Shown: in pieces, positions 13,101 through 26,200 of the stretch | Position numbering within the stretch: position 1 is the stretch's first letter | Layout of the letters: the number at the start of each line of letters is the position of its first letter | DNA from: Bugula neritina | Lineage: Eukaryota > Animalia > Bryozoa | Direction of reading: 5' to 3' | Assembly: GCA_964035545.1 (NCBI GenBank) | Contig: OZ037773.1 | Coordinates: 7,655,751-7,719,750, forward strand | Length of the DNA: 64,000 bases | Translations under genes and position numbers: made by a program | The notes under the pieces: generated by a model | Seen by the model: only the letters and a program-made list of their open reading frames with translations | Told to the model about the DNA's origin: nothing | Databases searched by the model: none

Positions 13101-14582
13101 GCTGCCAGTGCGCCGTTAAGTTAGCCAAGTGGGACCAGGCCATCACATACAGCAATAAAGTATTGGAAATTGAGCCCAAGAATCACAAAGCCTTGTACAG
13201 GTACTTGGCTCTGTGGGAAATTTATTGGCTGTAAACATTTAGTGAGCTTTGAATTTGGTGGGGAATTTACTGGCTGTAAATATTTAATGTTTTAGTGAGC
13301 TTTACATTAATACTGTTCAACAGTCATGCATTGTTAGAAGTTTTATGTAGAATTATAATTGACTCATTCTTTCAGTTTGTGTGCAGTTAATTCCGCTGTA
13401 AAGTCTACATTTCACTCTGTTACTGCGTAGGAAAGCAACTGCTAAGATGAAGTTTGGAGACTATGATGTGGCGAGACAAATAGCTCTGCTGGCTCGCACC
13501 GAGTATCCTAATGATCAGAGCATCGGTAAACTTCTTTCAGATATTGATAGGTGAGTACGACTACCAGTCATTCTATACTCACAGTGAGTATGTACTCACT
13601 GTGAGTATGTACTCACTGTTAGTGTGTACTCACAGTCAGTCTATACTCACAGTGAGTATAGACTGACTGGTAGTATATATTCACAGTTAGTCTATACTCA
13701 CATTCTATACTCACAGCTCGTTCATAGTCAATTTATTCACAGTTGGTCTGATGCTAGTCAGTTTAATAACTTTACTCTGGTTATGTATGCTGTAGTGAAT
13801 GCGTTATTTAGTATAATATAACGGCTTTTAGAATGCCGTATGTGTGTGTGTGTGCGTATTGTGAGTGTGTATTGTGCGTGGGCGTGTCTATATCTCTATG
13901 AACACATCTGTAGACAAAAGAGTGAAGACAAGCGAAGAGAAAGGTTGATGTGCTCAAAGATGTTTCAGATGACAGGTGAAAATAAAAACGAGAAATCTTC
14001 CTCAGCACCTGAACATCTGGATTTAATCAGGTTTTTGTTTGTTATCTTATATTACAGTAATTTGTATCTTATATTACAGCAGTTTGTATCTTATGTCACG
14101 GAGTTGTCTCATCTTATATATTGACAGGAAGTTTCAAGAATCTACTCTGGAAGAACTGAAGCTGAACTCTGCGAGTTACACTGGAAGAGAGTTGGACTCG
14201 CTAGCTGAGGCTGCCTCACAATTGAATCTCACTGTACAAAAGAACAAAGAGGTTTGTTAAATATCTTGTACTATTCCATACTCTATGGTGTTGTTACTAA
14301 TAAATAAATACTATCATTTTTATACATTGGGAAGTATTTCAGGACATTTTACCAGTTTTTATGACTTATTTAATCACATTTATGTATTTTTAATGCTCCC
14401 AAAAATCTCATATAAACTGCCTTAAAGTTTAAATTGAAATAGTTGATAACTAGTGAGTTTATGTGTTAAAGAATGAGTGTAATATTGTCCAATCGGTTAC
14501 CTTTTTACTTTATATCCTCCTATCAAACACTATGTTTTAGAAAGAAAAGTGGATTTCCCTGACCATTAAAAAGAGTAGCTAA
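10117..14582 (+). CDS. FKBP6: FKBP6/Shutdown (FKBP-type PPIase-like domain + TPR co-chaperone of the piRNA pathway), ~477 aa; 12 exons: 10117-10158, 10444-10540, 10782-10937, 11284-11418, 11724-11945, 12455-12525, 12802-12921, 13013-13200, 13431-13550, 13914-14030, 14128-14251, 14541-14582
   Basis: Phase-consistent exons. Motifs: TPFQRMRKKMVNVTEDGGVMKRVLKPG, HYSGKQEMDSEPFD, PEYAFGTMGCPPRIKPDAT, TPRs (LYLNRCQCAVKLAKWDQAI...NHKALYR) and the FKBP6-like ERLMCSKMF. Confidence 0.9.
12161..12400. repeat. 35-bp minisatellite, ~7 copies, in an FKBP6 intron
   Basis: Unit TTAGTATTTAGTAGTTATCTGCTCAATGTAGAGTA. Confidence 0.9.
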
Positions 14583-15758
14583 TCAAACTGCTGCTGCATT
14601 CACCTCTTACAGCACTGTGTAGAATAACTGTGTCAACACACTGTGTCAGCGGTCAAGTAGAAGTCACTACAACTCACTACTGTTCTGCTATTCATTCAAC
14701 TGAGTTGTCTTCCCACTCGCAGCACTATCTTCTAGTCAAGAGAATATTATATCTGTATAACATATTATATAATATTATATATTTTGTAAATAGAAATTAA
14801 TTAGATTTGTGAACTCCTATCTTATTTCCTTATGCCTGCTAACTAACTATACTTGTATAACCACTCTCATCAACTCAGCTTACGAGTAAGTGAGGACTAC
14901 ATTTAGTTACACCTTAGTCACAGTACGAATCCTCTTTCTCTGTAGAAGGTTGGGGAGTTGTCCAACCACAATCAGCTCATTTCCAATTTGGCTTATTCGA
15001 CTAATCAAAACACAGGGTTTAAATAATAACCCTCCTTATTGGAGGATGGTGAGCAGAGTATCCTAACATTCCATTTGTTCTAGTAACTTCTTATTTAACA
15101 AGAGTAAAAAAATCCTTGAAATATTTAAATGCTATACATACCAAGTAATTAGATTAAACTAGCATCATGTAAAATTGATATTTAAATACTTTTGGTGTGA
15201 TCAAGTAAGTTAACTAGTGATAATACAGAGTAAGACTGCTGTTCATACGATAACACACCATTTGTGACCAGATTTGAGTACTCGTGGTTTATTGTGTTTC
15301 AAGAATAAAGAGTATAAATTGGTTAGGGAATGAGTGGGAAAAAGTTATATCAAAAAATAATATATATCAAGTCATGTTAATAATATCCTAAAAAACTGTG
15401 ATATAGTATTATCAATTATGATGCACTATTCTGAGATAATATGGAATAAATTCACATGTGCAAATAGAACACAATGTTTTGATATTTAAGAGCCATGAGA
15501 GATTTGATTGAAAACTGCGTTCATAAGTCACTTTTTTACCAAAGCAACTTAACATATAAAAAAAATAGTTATCATAAAAATGAGTTCATAAAGTTGTTGA
15601 GACAGATTGAGTTTAGCAGAGCTGAGGCTACAAGCACTGTTGCTTGAGGGGGTCTAAAGTCACAGCCCCCAGTAGCCTCCATGTAAGGCAGGATTACACC
15701 TGCTATCAGTATTATGGTGCACTATTCTGAGATTCACGTGCAAATAGGATAAAATGTT

Positions 15759-18700
15759 TTAATATTTACGAGCCATGAGAGAGGTTAATGGGGAACTAAT
15801 TGCATAAGTAACTTTTTTACCAAAACGACTTAAAGTATAAAAAACTATAATCATCATAAAAATGAGTCCACAAAGTTGAGACAGATTGGGTGTAGCAGAG
15901 CTGAGACTAGAAGCATTCGTGGGTGTAGCAGAGCTGAGACTAGAAGCATTCGTGGGTGTAGCAGAGCTGAGACTAGAAGCAATGTTGGTTGAAGGGGTCT
16001 GGAGCCACGGCCCCCAGTAGCCTCCATGCAAGGCAGGATTACACCTTTTATCAATGTCGGGGTAGAACACTGGCACTGCTGTGGAGTTGTACGCAGCTAA
16101 ACGGGAAAGCAACATGTCCACAACATCCGGGTATTTAGCACTCACCTGTAGGAAACAATGACATCATATCTTACTATAGCAGACACCATATTGCACAGCA
16201 TACATCTATGAAGGTAGTCCTTACAGACCATAGCTGAATAGTGTTGGAGGAATATGGAGTTATACATATATTGTATATATTATCACAGTTATATACAATG
16301 CACAGCACTACTGTTATAACATAAGCTGTTTTATTCTGTAAACTAAACCATTTATATATAGGTGGTGTACAATCATACATTATTATGAAACAATATGAAG
16401 GAATGGTACTTCCTGTTGCAATATCCTGTTATTACAATCAAGTAGTGAAACAACAAGTTGTGCAAGTGGGTTACTGTAACACAAACACTACATGGAGTAC
16501 TGGTGCAGTTACATTATACTCAGTCTACAGGCACCCCCACCTCACCTCAAAATGCTCAGTAGGATCTTCCGTTATGTTGAAGAGATACACATTCTTATCA
16601 CCGCTGGAAGTGGACCAGTCACGGAACCTGCTGGAATCTGTAACATAAAACGTGCACATGTACTATTTGTTATATTGGCCTTGCATTGTCTACTACTATA
16701 CACACAATATAATATATACATCTATAAAGAGTTACACTCACAGTCACTATAAAGAGTTACACTCACATTCACTATAAAGAGTTACACTCACAGTCACTAT
16801 ATAAAGAGTTACACTCACAGTCACTATATAAAGAGTTACACTCACAGTCACTATATAAAGAGTTACACTCACAGTCACTATAAAGAGTTACACTCACAGT
16901 CACTATAAAGAGTTACACTCACAGTCACTATATAAAGAGTTACACTCACAGTCACTATAAAGAATGGGCTCAGGTACCCATTTATCATAGCCAGGGTCAC
17001 CAGTTAGAATCTTCCAGTCGCCGTGTCTCAAAGCTGCCTGCACGGACGTGTCAAACACTTTAGAAACAGACTTGCCTTTCCTCTTATACATTGGATCAAT
17101 GTTGAACAAAATATCCTACAAGAGAACATAATCCAAATAAAATAAGATGAAAACAAAAATTAAATAAAATACAACTTGACAAATTATAAACTTGTTACAT
17201 CGCAGTAATATACTAACTTATCAATCATAGAGTAGTAATATAATAACTTATTATTGGTATATTAATAATAAAATAGCTTATTATTCATAAAGTAATCAGT
17301 ACTACAGGTAAAAGTACCACTTTTCTAGGACTATTAGTCATACAGGTAAAAGTGCCAACTTTTAGGACTATTAGTATTACAGGTAAAAGTACCACCTTTC
17401 TAGTACTATTAGTATTACAGGTAAAAGTACCACCTTTCTAGTACTATTAGTATTACAGGTAAAAGTGTCACCTTTCTAGGACTATTAGTATTACAGGTAA
17501 AAGTGTCACCTTTCTAGGACTAGGAGCTCCCAAGTTGATAGAATCCCAGACGTTGTAGCCGTCAGGTTTGGTGCCGGTCATAGAACCTCCGGCCAACTTT
17601 ATTAAAGTCGGGTACCAGTCAGTGACGTGCATGAGTTCTTTACTAGTAGAGCCAGGGTTTTCGAGTAGCGGGCTATACACAAACCCAATACCTCGAACAC
17701 CTAGAAGCAAAGTACACAAGCTACCAAAATGAACATTTACAGCAACTGTGAATTACTGTCAGCTGCAGTGTGCAATATAGTCTACCAACTTAGACTCAGT
17801 ACCAGAGGATATGCTAACACAGAGAGAGAGAACGTAATACACACCTCCCTCCCAGTATGCAATCTTGCGACCTCTCAGTGGGAAGTTGTTACCTCCTGAC
17901 AGGGTCTGGCCGCCGTTATCTGTGGTAAAGATGAGGATAGTGTTGTCAAGAAGACCGGAATCTTCCAGAGTCTGAGTGAGATTGCCTACTGCTTCATCCA
18001 TTGCTACAGGTGAATAGTATACAGGGATATATAGTATACAGGTATATAGTATACAGGTATATAGTATACAGGTATATAGTATACAGGTATACAGTATACA
18101 GGTATATAGTATACAGGTATATAGTATACAGGGATATAGTATACAGGTATATAGTATACACTATACAGGTATATAGTATACAAGTATATAGTATACAAGT
18201 ATATAGTATACAGGTATATAGTATACAAGTATATAGTATACAGGTATATAGTATACAAGTATATAGTATGCAGGTATATAGTATACAGGTATATAAAGGA
18301 AGACACACCTGATACCATGCCAGCATATATACGTCTCTTCCTATCTTCTATGTGGTAATACATATTCTCATATTTCTTTGGGACCTGCACCGGACTGTGG
18401 ACACTCTGGAATGACAGGTACAGGAAAAGGGGAGATGATTTTTGAGCAGCATGAGTGGCTGTAACACAATAGACAACATGCTGCTAATTCATACAGAAAG
18501 ATATACACACAGTTCTCTGAATTGTTGAGTAAAAAAACATGGCAGAAGGTTTTACCAGTCAGCTAAGGCACTGCCCATCGTTTCACCTGAAGCACTGGAC
18601 AGTTTTTCAAATGTATATCTCTCATTTCATTCAATAAACATGGAGAGCAGTTTAATGGAGAAAAGAGTAAATGGGGGGAGACTCTGTTTGGAGTTACTTA

Positions 18701-21047
18701 AGGAGTTGATACTAAACAATCTAGCAACTTTTTTGTGAAACAATAAGAGTAGCATTTAACTCTGTTACAAATATTAAAACTGTTACATAACTAATAAAAT
18801 ATGGACAATGCTAGTTAGAGCCTATTGTTGAAGGTGGGCATACCCTGCAATTATAAACCAATCAAAATTAAGAACTAAACATATTTTTATCTTTCCAACT
18901 AAAATGGTTTTATAAGCAGTGTAATGCGGCTGACAGACTACAGTCAAAACTCGACTGTGAGGCTAAGCCTAAACTCTGTGACATCACAACTGTCTGATTT
19001 CTGAACGCAGCTGACAATTTTTATGCGATGCGTTCAGCGTTGGACATGTCCAACGCTGAACGTTGAAGTTGAGCGATCAGCCAATCACTGACTGGCAGGT
19101 AAGCCCCGATTGATTAGGTGATTTTACTAATTCCACGTGCTACTAGCGAGAATTATCATTTAACTTGGTTCTTCGGAAACTATATTATTTCCTTGTTAAC
19201 ATTATTACGATGAAGTCATGTATGCAATTCTCAACAAATTATAGAAATAAATATTTAGCAGATAAGTTTGGCTGAATTTTATTAGCATATTTAGTTCTTT
19301 ATGCTAGTGAATGCGATTGAATAATGCTGGTAAATATCATTAAATGAAGCTAGTAAGTTTGAATAAGTGAAGCTAGTAAATTAGAATAAAAATAATTAGT
19401 AAATCTTATTAAATTATGCTAGTAAATCTCAAAAAAGCAGCAGAAACTAAGCTACAGAATTCCTATTGGTTAAAAGTTTACTGCGGGGCTAGAGACAGTT
19501 AGCGTTCAGCGTTTGTAGTGTGAACTGTAGTGTGACCAGCAAAATGAAGGACTTGACTGTGAAGGTATGTTGGAGCAGCTCCAAAAACACGTTCACAGTT
19601 CAGTTTCGACTGTAGCCTGTAGACCCCATTAGACTCTAACAATAATCTTGAGTCATGATATCATGAATGTCAGCTGGCATCATCACATGATGTTACATAA
19701 CTTTGAACTGATAAAGTATTACATAACTACTTACTGATGACAGTTTGAGCAAGCCTGGTGAAGAGGTGGGCGGAGTATTCACCATAAGTATCATTACAAC
19801 CTGTTTGATTGACAGTGTAGTCTATTCCAGTAAAGCCATGGCCAGAACTGTGGCCCAAAGAAAGCATACAACAGCTATTGGACGAGTCTCAATTCTATAT
19901 ATAACTAGATACAAGGTGTTGTCTCACCATTATAAGAGGGCAGAACTGTCTACACTAGATGGCGTATAACTATATGATTACGTATGCAAAGGAGAACTAA
20001 TTATTATACCTACAAAACTAGGCCTTATGTCAACATTAGAGTTGTCTACCCAATATATGTAATACAATACACATTCTACAATATAACATAATACAATACA
20101 CATTCTACAATATAACATGTAATACACCACATTTTCTACATAAACTTGGTAACCTCTTTCTGAAGTAGTAATCTTCACCACCAGTTAAATATCCACTGAA
20201 ACTATCAAACCCTCTAGAAGTTGGAATGTACTCTTTAGTATAGAAACCAAGGTGCCATTTACCTGAATATATAAACATTTATTTACAACTAAAATATATT
20301 AAATTAGAAGCACCATGTCAACAAATATAATTAATTTAAATAACCAGATTGTACAAACATTACAAACATACTAACCAATCATATGTGTAGAATATCCAGC
20401 TTCTTTCAACTTATCTGGCATTGTTGGGTCATCCAATGGTAGCCCACTGGGCATACAAGGCCATATGATATCATGCTGCAACCCATTATGTATCTGGTAC
20501 CGTCCTAGTATAAATCAATAAATATTCAAATACGCAAACAAAGTAAGTATTGTGAAATGTAATTTTAGAGAAGGAGTGGTTAGAGTGCTGGTCTAGTAAA
20601 CACAAGGTCAGTGGTTCAACTCCAAACATCACAGTGATGTTAGGAAGAGCATCCAGTCATAATTGCTTCTATGCTGCACCAAAATAGTTTTTAGCCTGCT
20701 GTAAAATTCCTTTCCATCGGTGTTTCTCACAGGGATGGTGACTATAAACCCACATGAGTTTTATCAAATTCAACTTCGCACAACACAATCAGCAGTAGCC
20801 ATACAAACACACCGGACATAAGTTGACTGCGAGTTGGAGTGCATACGGGTTGGACATAGTAGTTTTCCAACTTCACTCCATCGGCAGCAAGTTTGTCTAG
20901 GTTTGGAGTTTTGATCTCACTTCCGTGATAGCCAATGTCATTCCAGCCGTAGTCATCAGCCAAGATGAAGATTATGTTAGGCTGTTCAGAAGCTGCAGGT
21001 ACTTCTGTAGATAATAAAACTACCACCCAGATAATTCTCCACCACAT
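15759..21047 (-). CDS. Arylsulfatase B-like sulfatase, copy 1, ~585 aa, with C-terminal Ser/Thr stalk and TM segment; exons 21047-20813, 20504-20376, 20262-20154, 19874-19735, 18458-18309, 18003-17845, 17700-17510, 17115-16950, 16637-16546, 16145-15759
   Basis: Signal peptide ([18 protein letters not shown]), [21 protein letters not shown], formylglycine motif [55 protein letters not shown] and GGYWGPW: the ARSB/ARSI/ARSJ family pattern. No frame disruption found. Confidence 0.9.
16725..16960. repeat. 24-26 bp minisatellite (~9-10 units) containing the exon 8 splice donor of sulfatase copy 1
   Basis: Unit AAAGAGTTACACTCACAGTCACTAT(AT). Only one unit is present at the equivalent site in copy 2 (~28962-28990). 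Confidence 0.9.
17300..17522. repeat. 38-bp minisatellite containing the exon 7 splice donor (shared with copy 2, ~29330-29590)
   Basis: Unit CCTTTCTAGGACTATTAGTATTACAGGTAAAAGTACCA. Confidence 0.9.
18005..18295. repeat. 15-bp minisatellite filling sulfatase intron 5 (copy 2: ~30185-30595)
   Basis: (TATACAGGTATATAG)n. It produces the spurious YTCIL/VYSIQ ORFs in the ORF track. Confidence 0.95.
18925..19628. mobile_element. PIF/Harbinger-type MITE in sulfatase copy 1 intron 4
   Basis: Imperfect TIRs (TGCGGCTGACAGACTACAGTC / GACTGTAGCCTGTAGACCCCA) flanked by TAA and TTA. Confidence 0.7.
20570..20755 (+). mobile_element. Degenerate copy of the tRNA-derived SINE (duplicated with the gene at ~33040-33222)
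   Basis: Matches the 3478-3691 SINE (GGTTAGAG...CTAGTAAACAC...GTGATGTTAGGAAGAGCATCCAGTCATAATTG...TCTCACAGGGATGGTGACTATAAAC). Confidence 0.8.
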
Positions 21048-21135
21048 TCTAAAAGAAAGCAAGAGATATTCATATAAATTTTGAGAAATAAAATGTACAG
21101 ACATGTGACAGTAGGATCAACAAGTTAAATATGTT

Positions 21136-21982
21136 GGTGACACGACATTTTACAAATGTCAATTCAAAAACACCCATTTCGAAAAACACAATTCCCAAAT
21201 TGACAATTCCCAAATTGACAATTAATAAATTGACTTTTAGAAAAAAGATATTTCTAAAAATGACATTTCACAAATGATACGGCCCAGTCGGGTGCGAGCT
21301 CAATCGGGTCGAGAATAAGTTCATATAAACGTGGGCAATTGCAGATTGGGACTGTTTGGTAGCTAACACTACTTCCGTGATAGCCTAACTCATACGGCGT
21401 TTATATTTGTTGCTGAAAGCTTTAAATCTTGTCAAGTTCAAGTTGAAATAATTACTACTTATTTACTTTTACTTTCATACTTGTATTATTGCGTGATGTT
21501 ACTATGTACATTATATGTTATTTAATTTTATTAACCATATTTCATAAGTTAAAACTGAAAAGTAAGAAGAAAATGAAATACGGTTAATAAAATTAAATAA
21601 CATATAATGTACATAGTAACATCACGCAATAATACAAGTATGAAAGTAAAAGTAAATAAGTAGTAATTATTTCAACTTGAACTTGACAAGATTTAAAGCT
21701 TTCAGCAACAAATATAAACGCCGTATGAGTTAGGCTATCGCGGAAGTAGTGTTAGGTACCAAACAGTCCTAATCCGCAATTGCCCACGTTTATATTAACT
21801 TATTCTCAACCCGGTAGAGCTCACACCCAACTGGGCCGTATCATTTGTGAAATGTCATTTTTAGAAATGTCATTTTTCTAAAAGTCAATTTATTAATTGT
21901 CAATTTGGGAATTGTCTATTTGAGAATTGTTTTTTTCGAAATAGGTGTTTTTGAATTGTCATTTGTGAAATGTCGCGGATTC
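21136..21982. mobile_element. Foldback/Mutator-like MITE: 847-bp near-perfect palindrome with 9-bp TSD
   Basis: AAATATGTT at 21127-21135 and 21983-21991. The empty site (single AAATATGTT) is present in copy 2 at ~33597-33605. Arms are ~410 bp around a ~27-nt loop (21546-21572). Confidence 0.9.
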
Positions 21983-23283
21983 AAATATGTTACCTTGAAC
22001 ATATTTATCAAGAAATCTCAATGAAAATGCTGGACCTTGAGATACTGCCATAGCAGCAACATAACTTCAAGTAAAATTATTACATGATACGACTTTGAAG
22101 CCGCAAAGAGCCACTTATGAAATTTCAAGTAGCCTGTTTATGACATACTTGGTCTATCTGATCAACTACGTCTAGACTACATACTCTTATTGTAAATAAA
22201 ATTACTAAAAGTAAATTAAAATCACAGCAGATTTTCTAACCAAATCTTTGAATGACAGTTAATACAACATTTATTTTATATTCAACATTATATATATATT
22301 TAATTGTTCCTATTCAGCTTGTTGACCAACAAGATTTGAAAGGAAATCAATTAGAGCACAAATTATTTATGTTTTGAACTCATTTTCATTTCATCGAATC
22401 CTTAGCTAGCTAAACAAATTATTATTTACTTATATCAAGTTGGTTTAAAAAGAAGATTTGGGGTTCTTAGCCTAACCAATATCACATTGGATGGCTAACA
22501 TACATACCGCAATACATTAACGTTTTATGCATAGGCAATCAAACGACTGCATACATTTACAAAATGCAAGTAGAATATTTATTTGATGTGCACTCAGGTT
22601 CTAAAATTGATATATATGTTCAAATAAAGTGATGAATACAGTTAATAAGTAATACAATAAATCCTAGCATATAATAAATGTAGTGAATAGATAATTAAAA
22701 CAATTAGGTGACAGTAATAGTAATAAGTAGCCAATATATTATATTTTCTAGTTATTTATGCAAAGTAGCAACTGCATATATTTGCATATGGTACCCATGC
22801 TTTTTAAGTTACATTATATTTTTGCAAGAATTATTTAGAAGAAAATTTGTAAAGACAGTGGTGTGGTGCTATAAAGTGTGACAAAGCTATTACCAAATCA
22901 GCAAAGTTAGTGAGTTTATCAAACACCTCCAACTACACAACTCAGATTTATGCAAGATTTAGATTGAGCTGGTAGATAAGCTTTTGAATCATATTGGTTG
23001 AAATTCACATGCTATAAATTTAAAATTACATATTGATATACTGTATGACTGTAATACTATTAGTATTACTATTATTATTACTATTACTATTAGTATTAGT
23101 AATACTAATACTAATAGTAATAGTAATAGTACACAAATATAATATGAATATTTATAAAATTAAATATTTATTTTTAAATTGTTATTTATTTTTACCAAAA
23201 GAATCAACAGCGGTAATAATTAAACTATTGATATCCATACTGATAATCATATACACAAGACAAGTGCCATTGATAACCATAAT

Positions 23284-26200
23284 GGGTATGACTAAAATGG
23301 GTGGCCACTCGCCCTCGGTGTCGCGGCCCGTGACACTCATTTTAGTCATGAGGGGTTTTGACTAAAATGGGTGTCATGAAAACATTTAGTTTTCTTTTCA
23401 CACTTCGTAAACATTTTTGCTTGTTAACTTTGCTCCCAGCGTTTTTACTAGTTTAGAGTATGAGTATCAGTATAATATTAATTGTGACCAGTAGGCGTAG
23501 CGACAAAAGCGGGGATGTAGCGGCGTTTCTGAAGTGTAGTAAATGAAGGTTTAATTTGGAAATACTGAAAATTAAAAATAATTTCCCATTTTTAGATTTT
23601 AAACTATACTGATACAAAAAACCCAAGGATTTCAAAAATCATACTTTCGCAAGCATTTGACAATTTCTTCAGCTCTAAAATTGCATTTAAAGTAAGGCAT
23701 TCAATTTTTTAAATGATGAAAAAATTGCGCAGTTATCAAATAAAGAAAGAAGACAACTTGAGTCATCTTTTATAGCGTAAAATCCTGTAGATTTAGCTTT
23801 TATCAAATGAACGTACCTTACACCTTATTATTCGTATTGTCAGAAGTATCATTTAAAATCGAAGTCTAGTTTTTGTTTTTCATCGTGCTCCATGCAAAGT
23901 TAGCTTTTAATATAATAATTAGTTACTGACACTGAGCTCCGAGGATCCCAAAACTACTCTCTCCGAGAGGTCTTGGGACTTGACCCAATCAAGATCAAGA
24001 TCAAGAGCTGTTTTGCCCTTTGGCTTTAGTGATTATTAATGCTGAGCTTAATCTTTATCTTTAGACTTTAGCGTTCAAGCTTGAAAATCACAACAACACA
24101 GGTAATTATATTGAAAACAATCATATACGCTACTAACTTAAAATTGTTGCAAGGATTATTTGTAGTTGTCCATTTATTTGTACTTGCAACTACACTCTCA
24201 CTATGACTCACATTTTGAGGTACAGTTAGTGTTACTCATACTGACAATCATAATTTAAATTATAATATTAATAGATATCATTCATGATTTACAATTACTG
24301 GTACTTGGTAGTAAAACTAAAAGTAAATGTAGCTCACTAATACTAATACTCACTAATAGTAATACTAATAGTGATAGTAATGAATAATTATAAATTTGCT
24401 ATTTCTATTTGAGTCTGAGTTTCGCCTTCGGTCTTAAAACTTGTGTTGTATTATTATTACTATTTATTGATTTATTCTATTGTATTTGTTGATATTTTAA
24501 TTTACATATGATTATACTTACTCTTAGTCTCTGTCGTAGACTTTGTCATTGCAGTTACTGATTACTATTAGCATTACTATCAGGATCAGTATTACTGATA
24601 GTTGACAGTTTTTACAAAGTAGTTAATAGATTTGAAGATTTTTAGAAGTAATTATTATTTTAATTAAATATTTTTCAATATATTTTAATATGATCAAGCC
24701 ACAGCTTCCTTTTGTTATTTTTAAAGATTTTTTTTCAATAAATTTAAATGTTGGTAAAATGCAAAATCACAACCAACTGCTGCCATAACAGTACCAGAAC
24801 CCAACTAAATTTGTATAATATAACCGGGTTTAATTTCTAATCAAGCTACCATTTCCTTATGTTATTAAAAAAAAATCAACATTGTACTTCCAGCTCTGAA
24901 AAAGACAGTAAGCCTAGGGCCACACTGTGCGTATTTTCGCATGCGAAAATTGAAATCAAAAGTAGCAAAGGTGTCCACTGTACGCGTTGAGAAAACATTC
25001 GCACTTGTCGCTCAGCATTCTCAACGCAAGTGCGAATCGTCTCTGTCGTCCTCACCTAATTGGCTGGTAGTTATTCAGCGAGCCCAATTTCTTTATTTTA
25101 GTGCTACATTCCAGTAAATTGCGTTTTATTGAAAGTGAGTGCGATTTAAAAATGAAAGCTTTATTTATCACACATCACTGACGCTGCAGTGGACACCTTT
25201 GCTACTTGTGATTTCAATTTTCGCATGCGAAAATATGCACCGTGTGGCCCTAGGCTAAGTGCGGAGATTGACAGGATAGATGTAAAGTAGCAGCATTTAT
25301 AATTGCTGGAAAATCAGTTGATGACAGTGATGAAACTTTTGCCACAGACATGATGTTATGTGTCCATAATCCGTAAACTCATTATGAAGAACAAAGAAGT
25401 AGAAAGTTGAAAAGTGCCTTTTTTGCAAAAACCATAGTGTTGATAGGATACAATCTTCCGCTGTTGTGACAATAAACATTTATAACTAACAAATAACCAT
25501 ATTATTAATTGTCTTCTCCCTGTACGAATACTTTATTATATTACCCACAATACTTTTTCTCGTCCTTTCTCTTCTTCTACATACGTAAAATATAACAGTT
25601 TTGTCAACCACAACTCTACCAATTTTATCATAATATTCAACATAAACAAGATGGCACCAGTCTCCAACTCAACACATAGAAGCTACATACTTTTCTTTTC
25701 TTGATAAGAATTATTTCTAGCATAACAGTTGTTTTAAGGCTAGATTCTTTACTGAATTTAATTAGTTTTTTTTAAATAATGTAATTGATGTTTTAAATGT
25801 GAATATTAATGCCTAAATAAAACTCATAAGTTGTAATAGCTGAATTTCTGTTCATATTTTCAACATTTCAGCCAAATCAATTGCTAAATGTAATTGCCGT
25901 TAGAGATTATAAAGATATTTCTTAATGAATCTCGCATGATCTCATAATAGCCAAATAATGTTCTCATAAATGTTATACTCATTGAGCAATAACTATGAAA
26001 GAGCACAGCTCAATAGCTGCAGTTTGACATAGTGTACAAGATATTAGAAGAGAGGAAAATATTCAGTGTATAACAGGAAACGGCTGCCATTTTGTTTTAT
26101 ATGACTTCCTGTTTACTTGGATGCCTAATTTAAATATCTCAACACACAAACTTGCTAGAACATTCTCTTCTTTGCTGGAATTGTTAAACCTTTTAACTAA

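Noticed and set aside
14935-15065. Two small hairpins downstream of FKBP6 (possible structured ncRNA)
   Set aside because: Short stems and no convincing H/ACA or C/D boxes; cannot be supported without a covariance-model search.
17994-18390. Long repetitive ORFs (YTCIL / VYSIQ / YLYTI repeats; also 29880-30689)
   Set aside because: Translations of an intronic 15-bp minisatellite. Splicing the flanking exons restores the conserved sulfatase sequence ([12 protein letters not shown]).
23033-23365. 110-aa hydrophobic ORF resembling a membrane protein
   Set aside because: Arises from (TAT/TAC/TAG)n low-complexity DNA, runs across a transposon boundary, and is not preserved in the duplicate unit.
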